A stretch of DNA of 64,000 bases from Phallusia mammillata (taxonomy: Eukaryota): positions 19,530,001-19,594,000 of the forward strand of contig OZ281500.1 in assembly GCA_965637545.1 (NCBI GenBank), read 5' to 3'. The translations under genes were made by a program, and so were the position numbers. Positions 1-12,500 of this stretch are shown piece by piece. A model generated the notes under the pieces. It was not told the origin of the DNA. It did not search any database and saw nothing but the letters and a program-made list of their open reading frames with translations. Each line of letters opens with the position of its first letter. Position 1 is the stretch's first letter.

Positions 1-1814
1 TTGTCAGCCGGTTCTAAACACAAAAGTCATATTTGTCAGCCGGTTCTGTTACAAAAAGTCATATTTCCATTGACAGTAACCAGTAATGCTAACCGGTTCG
101 CTGATCTCATAAAATTTCGTGAGACGGTTCAAAAGAACCCGTGCGAACCGGCTTTATCCCACCACTGCCTAAACTATATGTTTGTTCTCCAGTCAAATGT
201 CCATGTTGCTTGCTTCTCTGGTTCCTGATAATGCCCACATCTTCATTGGCATCTCCTCTTCGACGCCGCTTTTATTTCTCCGCCCCGCTCTTTTCCACCA
301 AACTTTATTATTACATGCAACATTGAAAGGCTTTGTCCCCTACTAAGAGATGCCACCATAATAAGTCTCTATGATGTCACTTTAAGTTGCTCGAAGGACA
401 AGTAATGATCATTTAAAGAATGAGTGTGTGTGTGTGTGTGTGTTTTGAAGTGTTGCAAACAAAACGGTAATTTTTTTCTGGAGTCGTTGCTATACCGGGG
501 CTGGACACCGATCGACAAACCGTCATCTTTAAGTTGTTCTAATAATAACGAAACCGTCATGAGAGGAGGTAGGCTCCATCCGGATGGTAACAGCCCACTT
601 GCTGCACTAGCCTACGCCTCGCTATGGGGGTTGTTCATCCACTAGGTGCCGCCACGTTCCTCCTATACCCAGTCAGAAAATATCTCGGAGTTATTCCCGG
701 GCCAAACTAGGGATTTGGGTCACTGTTCGAATTAGCAGTGGTTTATCTTAGATTAACTCAGATGAGTGTTCTTACACATTTTTCTTATTTGAGGTTGTGA
801 AGACGATGTTTTAACAAGTAAACAACATTTTAATTCATGTTATTGCAAACTATGTTAATCTTGTGGAAAACTGTTTCTATTATTAAATGTGATAACTCAT
901 GGGTAAATCGTGGAAGTGCCGATGATATTTTCGGAATCTTGTGTTATTGCCAAATCAATGACTTTACATCAAATTTACTGTTTAAATAAGTTTAAATTTG
1001 TATCTAGCCTACATAACTAATACCCTATACATAAAACGCGTGGGCATATAAATTATCAATAGAGCGGTTTTTACACTCGCTGTACATATTTTTTTCGTTG
1101 TTGAAACATACAATGCAAAAACTATGCGAAATATTTTAAAATTGTTGGCTGGTTTCGTCACTGTGAGTTCAGTTTTTGAAAGAGTTTGGCAACACAATTT
1201 AGGTTTTGGCGGGTGGCGCGTGTTTAGGTGGATTTAAGTTGTTTGAAGTCCGTTAGTGCATAAAATGAAACGAGCCATAAGGAAGCAGGTTTGTGGAATG
1301 TATAATGACATATGTAAAAGTCTTCTAGATGTAGGCCACGTTAACTGCTGGCAAGACTATATTTGCATTTTCCAACTTACTCTGTATATGTTACATCTTA
1401 TTTGCCAGTAACTGCCGATTTCTATTGATTCCCGCATTTCCTCAGTACAACTTGTGTTGTAATCTATTGCGTTGTGTGACGTAATAATCGACTACCAGTT
1501 TTGTGTGATAACGCAGCGTGATTTAGTCCTTTTCGTTGCTGACTTCCGTGGAGCAAGATGCTGCGTCGGTTGTATTAGAAAAGTCGTTTATTGTCGTGTT
1601 GGTTTGTTGGTGAGTCACTTTGTATATATATGTGTTTAATGACTCCAAAATGTGAATTACTACAATAAATGCGAACTTAACTGCAATGACTTAAAGTGTC
1701 ATTTCGCTTTGTAGTATTTGTACTGTACGTGTAGTTGGGTTCATTCATCCGACCATATATTTTTTCTTAGGATAACAAGAATATAGTCCATTGATTCGTA
1801 ACATACATTTAGAC

Positions 1815-2482
1815 CAGGGCTTCTCAAACTTTCTTCCTCTGCGACCCCATTTTTGAAAAGAAATTTCTACGCGACCCCTTGATAGGTATAGCTAGTATAC
1901 GTAAATGATGTACAATAAACGACCATTAAAAATAAACGTCGCATTGCAAATCTAAAGTGGCTTTTTTGTGAACAACGAATGTATTCAGTAAAACGAATAA
2001 CCAATTACAAAAAAATTGGTTTATAAAATTTATGAAGCGCGTTTAATGGGATGGATGCGCTTGATGATTTTTACATAAGTCATCCATTCGTGGCTTGATA
2101 CAAGACAAAGCAGGACGAAGAACATCCTCAACATTATTTAAAGAGGATCGGTATTTGGCCTTAATAATCACCAATCTTGAGAATCCCGCTTCACACAAAT
2201 ATAGCAAAAACCTACTGGAACGTAAAATGTTAGGTAAAAATAATTCGTTGTGATGTCATAACTACTTTAACAATATCAATGGCATAGTGCAGATAGCCAA
2301 GCTATTAAGGACAAAGGCATAACAACAACTTAACGATGACAAAAACCGGTCCAGAAAACAATTTTGCACGCACGTATACCATTTATTGTGACAACGACAT
2401 AATAACGCATAATCTTTCGCGACCCTAAAATTATATTCCGCGACCCCAATTGGGGTCGCGACCCACAGTTTGAGAAGCCCTG
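1815..2482. mobile_element. Non-autonomous hAT-type MITE
   Basis: TIRs CAGGGCTTCTCAAACT / AGTTTGAGAAGCCCTG; perfect 8-bp TSD ATTTAGAC (1807-1814, 2483-2490); repeated subterminal GCGACCC motifs. Confidence 0.92.
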
Positions 2483-2643
2483 ATTTAGACCACAAAAATG
2501 CACCCCAAACACCTGCGAAGCTTGCCGATATATGTTTTTTGCTATTGTCTCCAGCACAAACAACGCATCGTATGACCGGAAGGTGCTGCCACCTAGCGGA
2601 ATGTTTGATTTTTTTTAAAAAAATTATTTTTTTTCCGGCTGAA

Positions 2644-3125
2644 CCAAAGTATATATAAAACACAAGTAGTCCAACCCATTGTTACGCGATAGAGCTCCAT
2701 GGACGCCATTTTGTGTCCAAATTAATACAGCAGGTATAGGGAAAAACACATAAATTGTCTGATTTTTACAAACTGGTGGGCTTTAACACGAAATTGATAG
2801 GCAAAATCAAATAAAACTTTTAGGTTCTAACATTTGAGCGTGATAACGCACGCTGAATGCAAATATTTTAAGTTTACATGAAAAATAAGTGGCAAAATTT
2901 ACATGAAAAAGCCAATTTAGCTTTTAATATTACGGTGAAATGTTAGAACCCGAAATTTACATGCAATTTGGCGAATCAAATTCGCGTAGAAGATCTCCAG
3001 TTTAATATCAGACAAATTGTGTGTTATTTTTCTCTACCCACAGTATCATTTTGGACACGAAATGGCTACATAGGCTTTATTGCGTAACAATAGGTTGGAC
3101 AAATTGTGTTTTATATAGACTTTGG
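2644..3125. mobile_element. Foldback/palindromic MITE-like element with ~190-bp imperfect arms
   Basis: Left arm ccaaagtatatataaaacacaa...gtccaacccattgttacgc...gttctaacattt is the imperfect reverse complement of right arm aaatgttagaac...gcgtaacaataggttggac...ttgtgttttatatagactttgg. Confidence 0.7.
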
Positions 3126-3590
3126 GCTGAACAACCCCATTTCCGCATGTTCATATTATGCTCCGTTATGTCATGCTGCCCCCTGCAATGGCTATTTTTT
3201 TGGACATAACACATGTAAAGGCTGTGTACAAAATCTGGCCTGCCAAGATCTTTAATCCGATTTGCTAAGCTTTTATCATTAAAAGATTTCACAAGATTAC
3301 TATTGACACAATAGCATTTTTAATGTTATGCACATCTGTACGCTTTTCAGTTAAAAAAATACAAATAGGGAAAAAACCCTAAACGGAAAAGTTTAATAAT
3401 GTACTTTTTATATGGCCGCTTTCCGTATGTTTTCGATTTGGAACAACATAGTTATCAGAGTTTTTTATTCAAAGCTTGTATTTTAAAGGACATTCTCAAA
3501 ACAAGACTGAAACGCTTCAAAATCCTGAAATATAATGTGTCCAAAACAGAAATATTTCGTTTTTTTTAAACCAGCATTATCTTTTGATAG

Positions 3591-6500
3591 GTGAAGATCC
3601 AATTGTTCATTTTCCTTGTCCTGAAGATGACCTTTGTATCAATGGAAAATGGACGAATTTCTTTAACAGAGACCATCCCCAATATGGCGAGGGTGATTTT
3701 GAAACAAGGGCATTGCTGGATGTAGAACACCCAGGAAAAATTTGCGAGCGACCTAGCAATATTGATGTTCGACTGGCCAATGGTGACCACTATAGTAAAG
3801 CAGGGCAAATTGTGCATCGAAGTTTGGTTGGTGGATTCAAGTGCATCAATGAGGATCAGACTGATAATGCTTGCATGGATTACAAAATTCGCTTTTGTTG
3901 TCCAACTGGTACTTTATTATTATTGTTTCGTAACTAAAGTTAGAATAATAATGGATTTTGACAACTGTTGTGATTTATCAAGTGCAGTTGAGCATATTTA
4001 ACTAAAGCCTACACTTTGTGTGCACATCATCACAATTTTCCTTTCCAAAAGCTGTATATCTTGTCAGGATATTTGCTATCACTAAATGTTCCATAAACTT
4101 CTGTTTTTAAATTTGTTTCTATTTACTCATGTTTCTATTTACAAAACAAGATAACTTAATAACATTAATAAATTATTGCAGATCAAATACCTTTAGGACC
4201 GGAGTTGTTTTGTACTGCTTGGGGTAACCGGCATTACCAAACATTAGATGGTTTCCCTTATGACTTTTTAGGAAGCTGTACATATAATTATCTGTCAACT
4301 ACTGGGTCAGCCTCTCAAACCAATCTGCATTCATTTGGTGTGTGGGTAAGCAGAATCCCACCTAAAAATGTATCCCATATTAAACAATCTTCATCACATT
4401 ACGAATATTTTTCTGTACAGATTCAAAATGACCATCCATTCGCAAATATTGGTGTATTTTCTATGAGAAAAGTACATCTTAGATTTTCGGGCCAACTAAT
4501 CACGCTAGACCATGGTCGACATGTTAAGGTGAATAGTGCTTTTGTGCTGTTTTGCTTGACATGTGGAAATTATATGCATTGTAGAAACATTTTTCCAACT
4601 CAAACTGGCAACAGTTGCAAGACCCAGCTCTTAAAAAGATATTACATACAATGTAGAAGTTTTTTTTAAGGTAAATGGAAAAATAATTGACCTAGGCACT
4701 GACTACGAGGACCCCTTTTATGGCTACCAAGTTCACGACAATGGAATGTTTTTGGAGTTTACTTCTGTGTTTGGGTTAAAAGTAATGTTTGATGGCAATC
4801 TGTACCTCCGAGTGGGAATTTCTGTTGATTATCAGGAGAATGTTAAAGGTAATTACAGCTGTACATAAACACCAAGTGCTTCCTAATTGAGGTGAGCCAC
4901 CTAGAAGTAATAAAGTAGTTATGGGCCAATTCACCATTAATATGAGCTAATTTTAGTGATTTAGCCTGTTTTCTCTTTTTTAACACTGTTTTCTCAGATA
5001 CACCATAAAATAGAAAAACCCTGAAAATGTATGAATGAAATCAATTTGAACAGTTTGTACTCCATAGAGGATATTTATTTATGCACAGTACCAATAACTT
5101 TGTTTGATGTCACAATACCAAACATTCTTATAGTTATCTCTTGAAATGTATTACAGTATTTACAACTTTGCATGTGTGAGGGACCCATGCGTTTCTGCTT
5201 GCAGAAACAACCAAGGTTATAAAAGGCTGTTCATGATATGAGACCCAATGTAAAATAAGTGTAGGAAATATATTAATGTTTTTAAATAGGTAATAGTGTA
5301 TATGCAAGGGCAATATGTGCAAAGCCACCCTTCTATTTTATGCAGGATTCAATACTGTAAAGTTACATGCTGATGTTTTAAATTATATTATTTTTTGGAC
5401 CGGATAAAAAGTCTCCTAAACCTAGATTTTTCTCTAATACTCCTTCTAAAACCATTTCCCTATGACTCCACAGTCCACATCCATAATCTAAACTTACTCC
5501 ATTCTTGCTCGTCTGTTATCTAACTAATAGGACATGTGCATGCAATTGGAGTAAATGTTGGAAATGTACTACTTTGTTTTTTAAGGTCTCTGTGGAAACT
5601 TTAATTCCGATGTATTTGATGATTTTCGTCCATTTACAAACGACATAGAATTTGCTCATAGCCATGGTGTTTATGCTAAGTAAGTACTAAACGACTTTTC
5701 TTGTACTGTACATGAAAAATTATGCCTTTTGACCAAATGCAACTTAACCTATTTGGTTTTGTCTGTACTATAAACCCATTTAAACTTTAAAGAGTAAATT
5801 TAATCAGTTCATTTATACAGTTTTACTTGTACACTGCTTTTTATTTTTTGTAAATACCAAAGAAAAATGCTCTTTACTATTCATATATGTGTCATTAGTT
5901 GTAGACTGTCTTAAACCTCTTTAAACAACAACTCTGGTCAGAAGTAATCTAGGTGGAGACAGGTGGCTAGATTCTAGGGCCCCCAAGACTGGTCCCACCA
6001 TCATTTCCCCCCAAGTCGTGTTATACTCAATGTGCACCACACTAACTTCCTTGTGAGCACCCGCTACGTAACGCCATATAATACGGTGTAGCTGCAGCGT
6101 GTTGTACCACTATCCACCAATTATGCCCGGCACTTTTTTGCGCTCCATAACGTTTTAACGTTGCGCAGCTGTTTCCGACTTGGTGATTGTTTTAGTGCAA
6201 TTGAGTTACTATGTTGTCTTTCACCAAGCGAAATAAACTCAACTTAACTCTGTACTATAAACCTTTTTGTGATTCAGATGTGAGAAACCTGAACCTGCCC
6301 CAGTTTGTGATGGACTCATTTCAACATACTCTGTCCAAATGTGCTTTAATATGATCGGAGCTTCATGCTTTATTGGTTGTTTTGATTCTGGTTTTTCAAC
6401 TCCCTTTGTAGCAGTAAGCCAGTTTTGATTTTATATTATTTATTTAAATTTTCTCACATATAAGTTTATGTGTGGAGTATCACCTAAATACACACGGTAA

Positions 6501-9500
6501 ATTGCAAAACAATAAAAATATAGATAAATTGTGTATACAATTGCAAGTACTGCATACACTACGAGTACAACATGATTGTTGCTGTAGACATGCCAAAAGG
6601 ACTACTGTGCTTTGAAAGGGAGTCAGTTTGCTCTTGACGCAACCTTAAAGGACATGCACATGCACTGTTCTGTAATTGGTGCAAATCCTTGTGATGACCC
6701 TTCAAGTGCTTGGGATGGTAAACAATTATTACCAATAGATATTGGATGCTTCTTTGCTAAAATAAATTAATTAAAAAAACTGTTCAAATCATTGTTGTCA
6801 AATGCTTTATTTGGTCATGGAATAATAATATCTAGCCTATAGTTTAAGAATCAGAATGAAAAAAGAAATCTATAAATAAACAAAATTAAAACTTTTTCTT
6901 ACTTTTTCTTGACCACTAGACCAAGACCCTATAGTTTTGTCTATGTTTGCAGAGGTACTTTGTCAGCCAGACAAAGTTCTTAATCGATGTGGACCAGCTT
7001 GCCCAGCAACATGTGAAAACCCAGAACCTGAGGAGTGTGGGCCTTGTATTGCAGGTAAATATTACTTTTTACTCATACAAGGTTAAACTTACATCCCTGC
7101 TAAGTCCGCTCCCCTATAAGTTTGCATTCCAATTTTATATTCAACTTTCATATTTAAGTTCATTCAACATTTTTAGAATTTTATTGATTTAATAACATTT
7201 ACAATGGTTCAATCTTGTCAATGAAAGTTCCCTATAAAACCATCAAGCCAGTAAATGTAAGCTGCAGACAGTGCACACTCTTTCGACCTATATGGATCAG
7301 TGCAGCTGGTGACAAGACAACTTTCCCTATCTTATGCAACAGTTTAAACACAAACACAAATTTTTGCTATTTGTGTCAGTGTTTTACAGAAAGTTTGTTT
7401 GGAACATCCATATTATTTATGTTCATGCCTGGTACTAGGCATGTAATATATGAGAAAGAAATCATATTATGATAGCAAATTGCAATACTTCGGCTATGAT
7501 GACTTAAAATATAGTTTTATTTTTTAAAACTATTTTTGGTTTACCCTGTTTAAAATCAACAGCTTGCCAATGTACTGAAGGTTTGGTTTTGAACACCGAC
7601 TCGAATACATGTATACCAAAGGAAGCATGTAAATGCACACCAGTAAGAACGTTTTATTTTTTTCTGTTTTGATTACAGCAACTATACATTTTGCAATCTA
7701 CTACTGTTCCATTTGCAACAGTTTGTATCTGACAACAAGTACAGCAGTTAAAGTTGAGATTCAAATGTTAACAACAATAACTTTAATCGTCTAAAATACT
7801 AAAATGTCAAGCATATAGCTCTTAACCACTTTATTGGCCTGTATACCTAACCAATATATGGTGTCAAAGCAATAATGTGTATAAACTGATTATGCAGGAT
7901 ACAACTTTTCGGACAGAAGGTTGTGACTACATTTGCCTCTGTTCTTCAGTTGGAGTTGCTTCATGTGTTCCCTTTCCATGTTTCATAAATGAAGAGTGTA
8001 TCAATCGGACTTGTCAACCCAGTATGACCATGAAGCCAGTATCATTTATAACAGCTATCATTATGGTTTAAGTTGATGAAAAAACATTAAGTCATTCATC
8101 TTCAAGATCAAATAAATTCTATTTGAATAAGATACCGATGAAATCAAGGATAAATGACTTAATGTTTTTCATAAACTTGAATCAATAAGCATATGGTTCA
8201 TTATAGTCTTCATTCACCAAGCACTGAGCTAGGAGATTATAGATTTAAGTATATACAGTAATGGGTTTCAAATTTTGCTGAACTTTTAGGAGAGACCTGT
8301 CCCATTCCCAGTGGATCATTTATGACTGATTGCGCCTCCCCATGTCCAGCCACATGTCTTGACCCATATCCAGATCCTTGCCTTGAAGAATGCCAACCAG
8401 GTAAACAAAGTGGGACAATATGATTTAAACACATCATAGCCCTGTGCATATTGGTATTATATTTGCTTCAACATGATCATATGTGTTGGATATTTACTTT
8501 AGACGTGTTAAACAAATAAACTACTTTGGCAACTGTAAACTGAAAAGCATAAGTAAGCCTGCTAAGCAAAATTCATTATAGAAACCACTGCAACATCTTA
8601 TTTTACTCAAAGTTCTATAAAACCGGCAAATTTATACCATTTTGATAGTGTTGAAAGTATTATGTGTTAAGGCTGTTGCGTTTGCCCTATAGCCTCAAAT
8701 GTTGGCTTGTTACTTTGCCGAAATTGCATTAGGTATTAAATAAAACCTTTAATGTGCAAAATATGGACATATGTAAAACAAACCCCCATAGTGCATCCAT
8801 TGCATAGGCCCAGTCTTTAACAAGAATACCTATTTAGCAACTTTACACCTTTGCATTGCTGTGGAAACATTGTGTAAAACTATGTGGTATTAAAGCATTG
8901 TATTTTTAATAGTTATGCAGTTGTTTTGTATTTGTAACAAATAGATTGTGAAGTTGTAACAAGTAAATCATTTGTAATATAGGTTTTAGGTGAGGTGCAA
9001 TGGTCACATGGCATTTGTGTTTTAATGACAATCTTGGTTGTCTGTCTTGTGCATTAATTAACAACATGGATTGGTTGTGGTATTGTAATAGATAGCAAAG
9101 TTGCATATTAAACTCTTTAGGTTGGAGACAGTTAGGAAATTCTTTAAACCTAACGTATATAAGGTACAGTAAACTTCGGTTAAACCGACCCGGTTAATCC
9201 CAGTTTTCGCTGATTCTTAATGTTTTTCTAAACAACACGCTTCGGTTTATCCGGACCTAATCTGGGGGGAAAATGCACTTTCTTCATCTCCTAATACGGA
9301 TTTTTTATGTTTAATTGCAAATTTGCACTTCAAACCATGTTCCAGTTACGTGGTGATTTATAACAAGTGCTTACTGACGCCATTTATACCGCGCGAAATA
9401 CACTTAATGTAAACATGGGTTATAATCAGGGTTGCCAACGACACAGAGTCGAAAATAAGGACAACCGAAAAATTAAGTTTTCATAGGAAACGAAACAAAC

Positions 9501-12500
9501 TTTTTCGAATAAATCTTTGCCTTTATACGAGCCATGACATATCACATGCCATATTTTTTGCCAGAAACAATTTGTTCCAGCGACTCTCCTTGTTCGTAGA
9601 AATTACTTGCTGCGTCTCACGACAGCTTACGTCTAGGTTCACTTCTACTTGTAGCAGGGATTTGACTTGTAAATGTTGAAAATAAGACAAAATAAGGACG
9701 TAAGTCAAAAGAAAGGTCATTTCTTAGAAATAAGGACCATATATTTTTCGAAGACATTGCCCTTTAAATTCAGGACAAATTTTAGAAATAAGGACGGTAT
9801 GGCAACCCTGGTTATAATGTATCACTAAATTTAGACGTTGTTCATTGTATTAGGTCGTTACTGATCCCATTTAGGGTAATTTGAAAACAAACGACATCGG
9901 TTTATCCGGATTTTCGCCTAATACGGACAAATTTTGTGGCCCAATCCAATCGGATCCAGGTTAACCGAACTTTACTGTGTTTATAGAAAGTTTGGACCAA
10001 AAGCAATATTAAAAATTTATGCAACTTCAATAATTAATAAATTGTTGCTAGGGTGTGAGTGCCAAGACAGTGAAGTCGTAGAGAGTGATTTCTTTTGTAC
10101 TTCAATGGAGTTTTGCTTTCGGTGCTCAGATCGTAAATACCAGGTTTGAATCCAGTGGCTAAATAAGCAGAGTTTTATAAAACCACTCCTTTTTCCTTTT
10201 TTCAAACTAATCCTAAAACAGAAATTACACTCATTTTACCAATCTTTTTGTCAGATGTCGAAAAAACGCAATATTAATTGAACTGACACGTTGTCATCAA
10301 CTAAAATTGATTGATGTTGGTTTCATAAAATTAAAACCTTTTCGGTCGTACCTTTCGAAGACTTGAATTAGCGGTTAAAGAAATGAATAAGGCTCGAAAT
10401 ACACTGACTTGGCAAAGCGATTTTTTTATGGCTTGTGGTTCAAACCACTTTTGTTACAGGATGGTGTGATGTACTACAACTATGACTGCACTTCTGTTTG
10501 TTGGTGCAACAATGGCGTGCAAAACTGCCAAAGCACGTTTTGCGACACAACCACCGCCATCTGCTCCAACGGTCAATGTATACCGGGTATGTACGAGTAG
10601 TAAGGGCGAAAAATATGCTGGCATTGCCAAAAATATGCCACTTTTGCCAAGTTAATTCTTAAAAAGCGCACCCACTGTTAAAACTAGCCCAAAACGCACA
10701 AGCAAAATCTTCAAGTCCAAAATCAGTCCAGTTTACCTTTAATGAAAAAAACCCAGTGGTTATGAACCTTATACTGTTCGCGTACCACCTGGCGACACTT
10801 CATAAAGAATATCAAAGACATGGGTTTTGCCAAAAAACAGGGCTATCAGTTGGATCAGTTCAATTTTTAAATCAGGCAAATTAACAAAAAATGGTAGCCC
10901 CTACATCAATAAGGAATAAACACAACCCAAAACTTGATATCATAAAGGAGCTCAACCGGGCCACAAGAGCGCCACCCTGGCGATGGTAACTAATATTAGT
11001 TGGCCTACCAATGATTTTTTTAAATGACAATTTACATGCATTGTGTTTGTAGAGAATGGGTATTGTGGAGAAATTATTGGATCATTTTACTCTGACTGCG
11101 CTAATCCATGTCCGCCAACTTGCTCGAATTTAAACCCAACGGGCCCGGAATGCACCCAGCCCTGCATCGAAGGTTTGTTGTTTATTCCTCAACAAAAACT
11201 AAAAGATAATGTTTTCACGCTCTCAAAATGCTGCTTTAAGTAGATCTCCTATATGACTTCTTTTGGAAGACATTTCCTATTTTTTATTGAAATTTGACTT
11301 GTCGTTTTAAATCGTTACGTTCCTCAAAAAGCAATATTTCGTTGTTTACAGTCTCTGTCACTTTAGGGTGCCAATGCTTTCCTGGTTTTGTGTTGCAAGA
11401 GGACATTAACCAGTGTGTTGTACCAGAGGCATGTGGATGTTACGACGAAGTCAACGACTTTTATCTTCAGGTGCTATGGTATAATGTTGAACAACGGTAA
11501 ATCCACAAAAACACCGCCCTTATGGTCCTAAACGGTTTAAGGATGTATTTGTCAATCAGGCAATACTTTATTGTATTAATGCGTTTGAGGATGTATTTGT
11601 CAATCAGTTTATACCCTGATCATTGGCAACAACATACAATACATTGTTTTAAACAAGAACAGTGGGGTTTTAAATGCAGGATGGAAGCCCCTTTTCCGTC
11701 GATCGTTTAAACAATAAACACAAAGGTGACTCAACAACTTCAAACACCATGTATTTTCGCAGTCACATTACAAACCAAACTAATTTATACAACCTAACCG
11801 AGGCGCCGTTTGTTTAAACAGCACGAAGAGCAGAACATTTTGAGCATTAAATATCAATCCATCTTTACTTTTGCAGTTTGGCCAGTATTTGCGCACATGC
11901 ACTCGAGTGTGTGTTTGTCTCCCTGGTGGAATTCAGTGTTTTGATGGTTTAACTTGCGAGCCGTTCTTTGGTACATGTGATGGAAACGAATGCATTCCAT
12001 GTGAGTGTATTGCTCATGAAAGTATAGTCTGGTTATTTGCAAGATCATGTCACAAACGTGCAAGCAAAAGTGTCGTGAGCGACCTAAAATCCCGAGTTTA
12101 TCTCTTCACGAACAGGGCTATAGAGTCAGTGGATAACTTTTCAAGGTTGTGAGATTCAAGTCATAACTAAATGTGCAAAACAGCACAAAAGCTCAAAAAA
12201 GCTTTAAAGGGTGGCTTTTTTTAATGGGAGTGAAAGTAACCGGCTTTACAACCTTATACACCCTTAACAATTATTCGACTATTCATGCTAAAATGCTTTG
12301 CGGTTTATATGTGTTTTCAAGTACTCTGAACACCGTGCAGTTGTACTCCAATGATATACTCTTTATTTTCCATATAGACCCTCCGGAATGTGCACACATA
12401 CCTAACTCGATTTACTTGGAATGTGGTCCGTCTTGCCCAGAAACGTGCATTCCAACCAATGAGACAATTTGCTCCGATGTGTGTGTGGAAGGTGTGTGAG

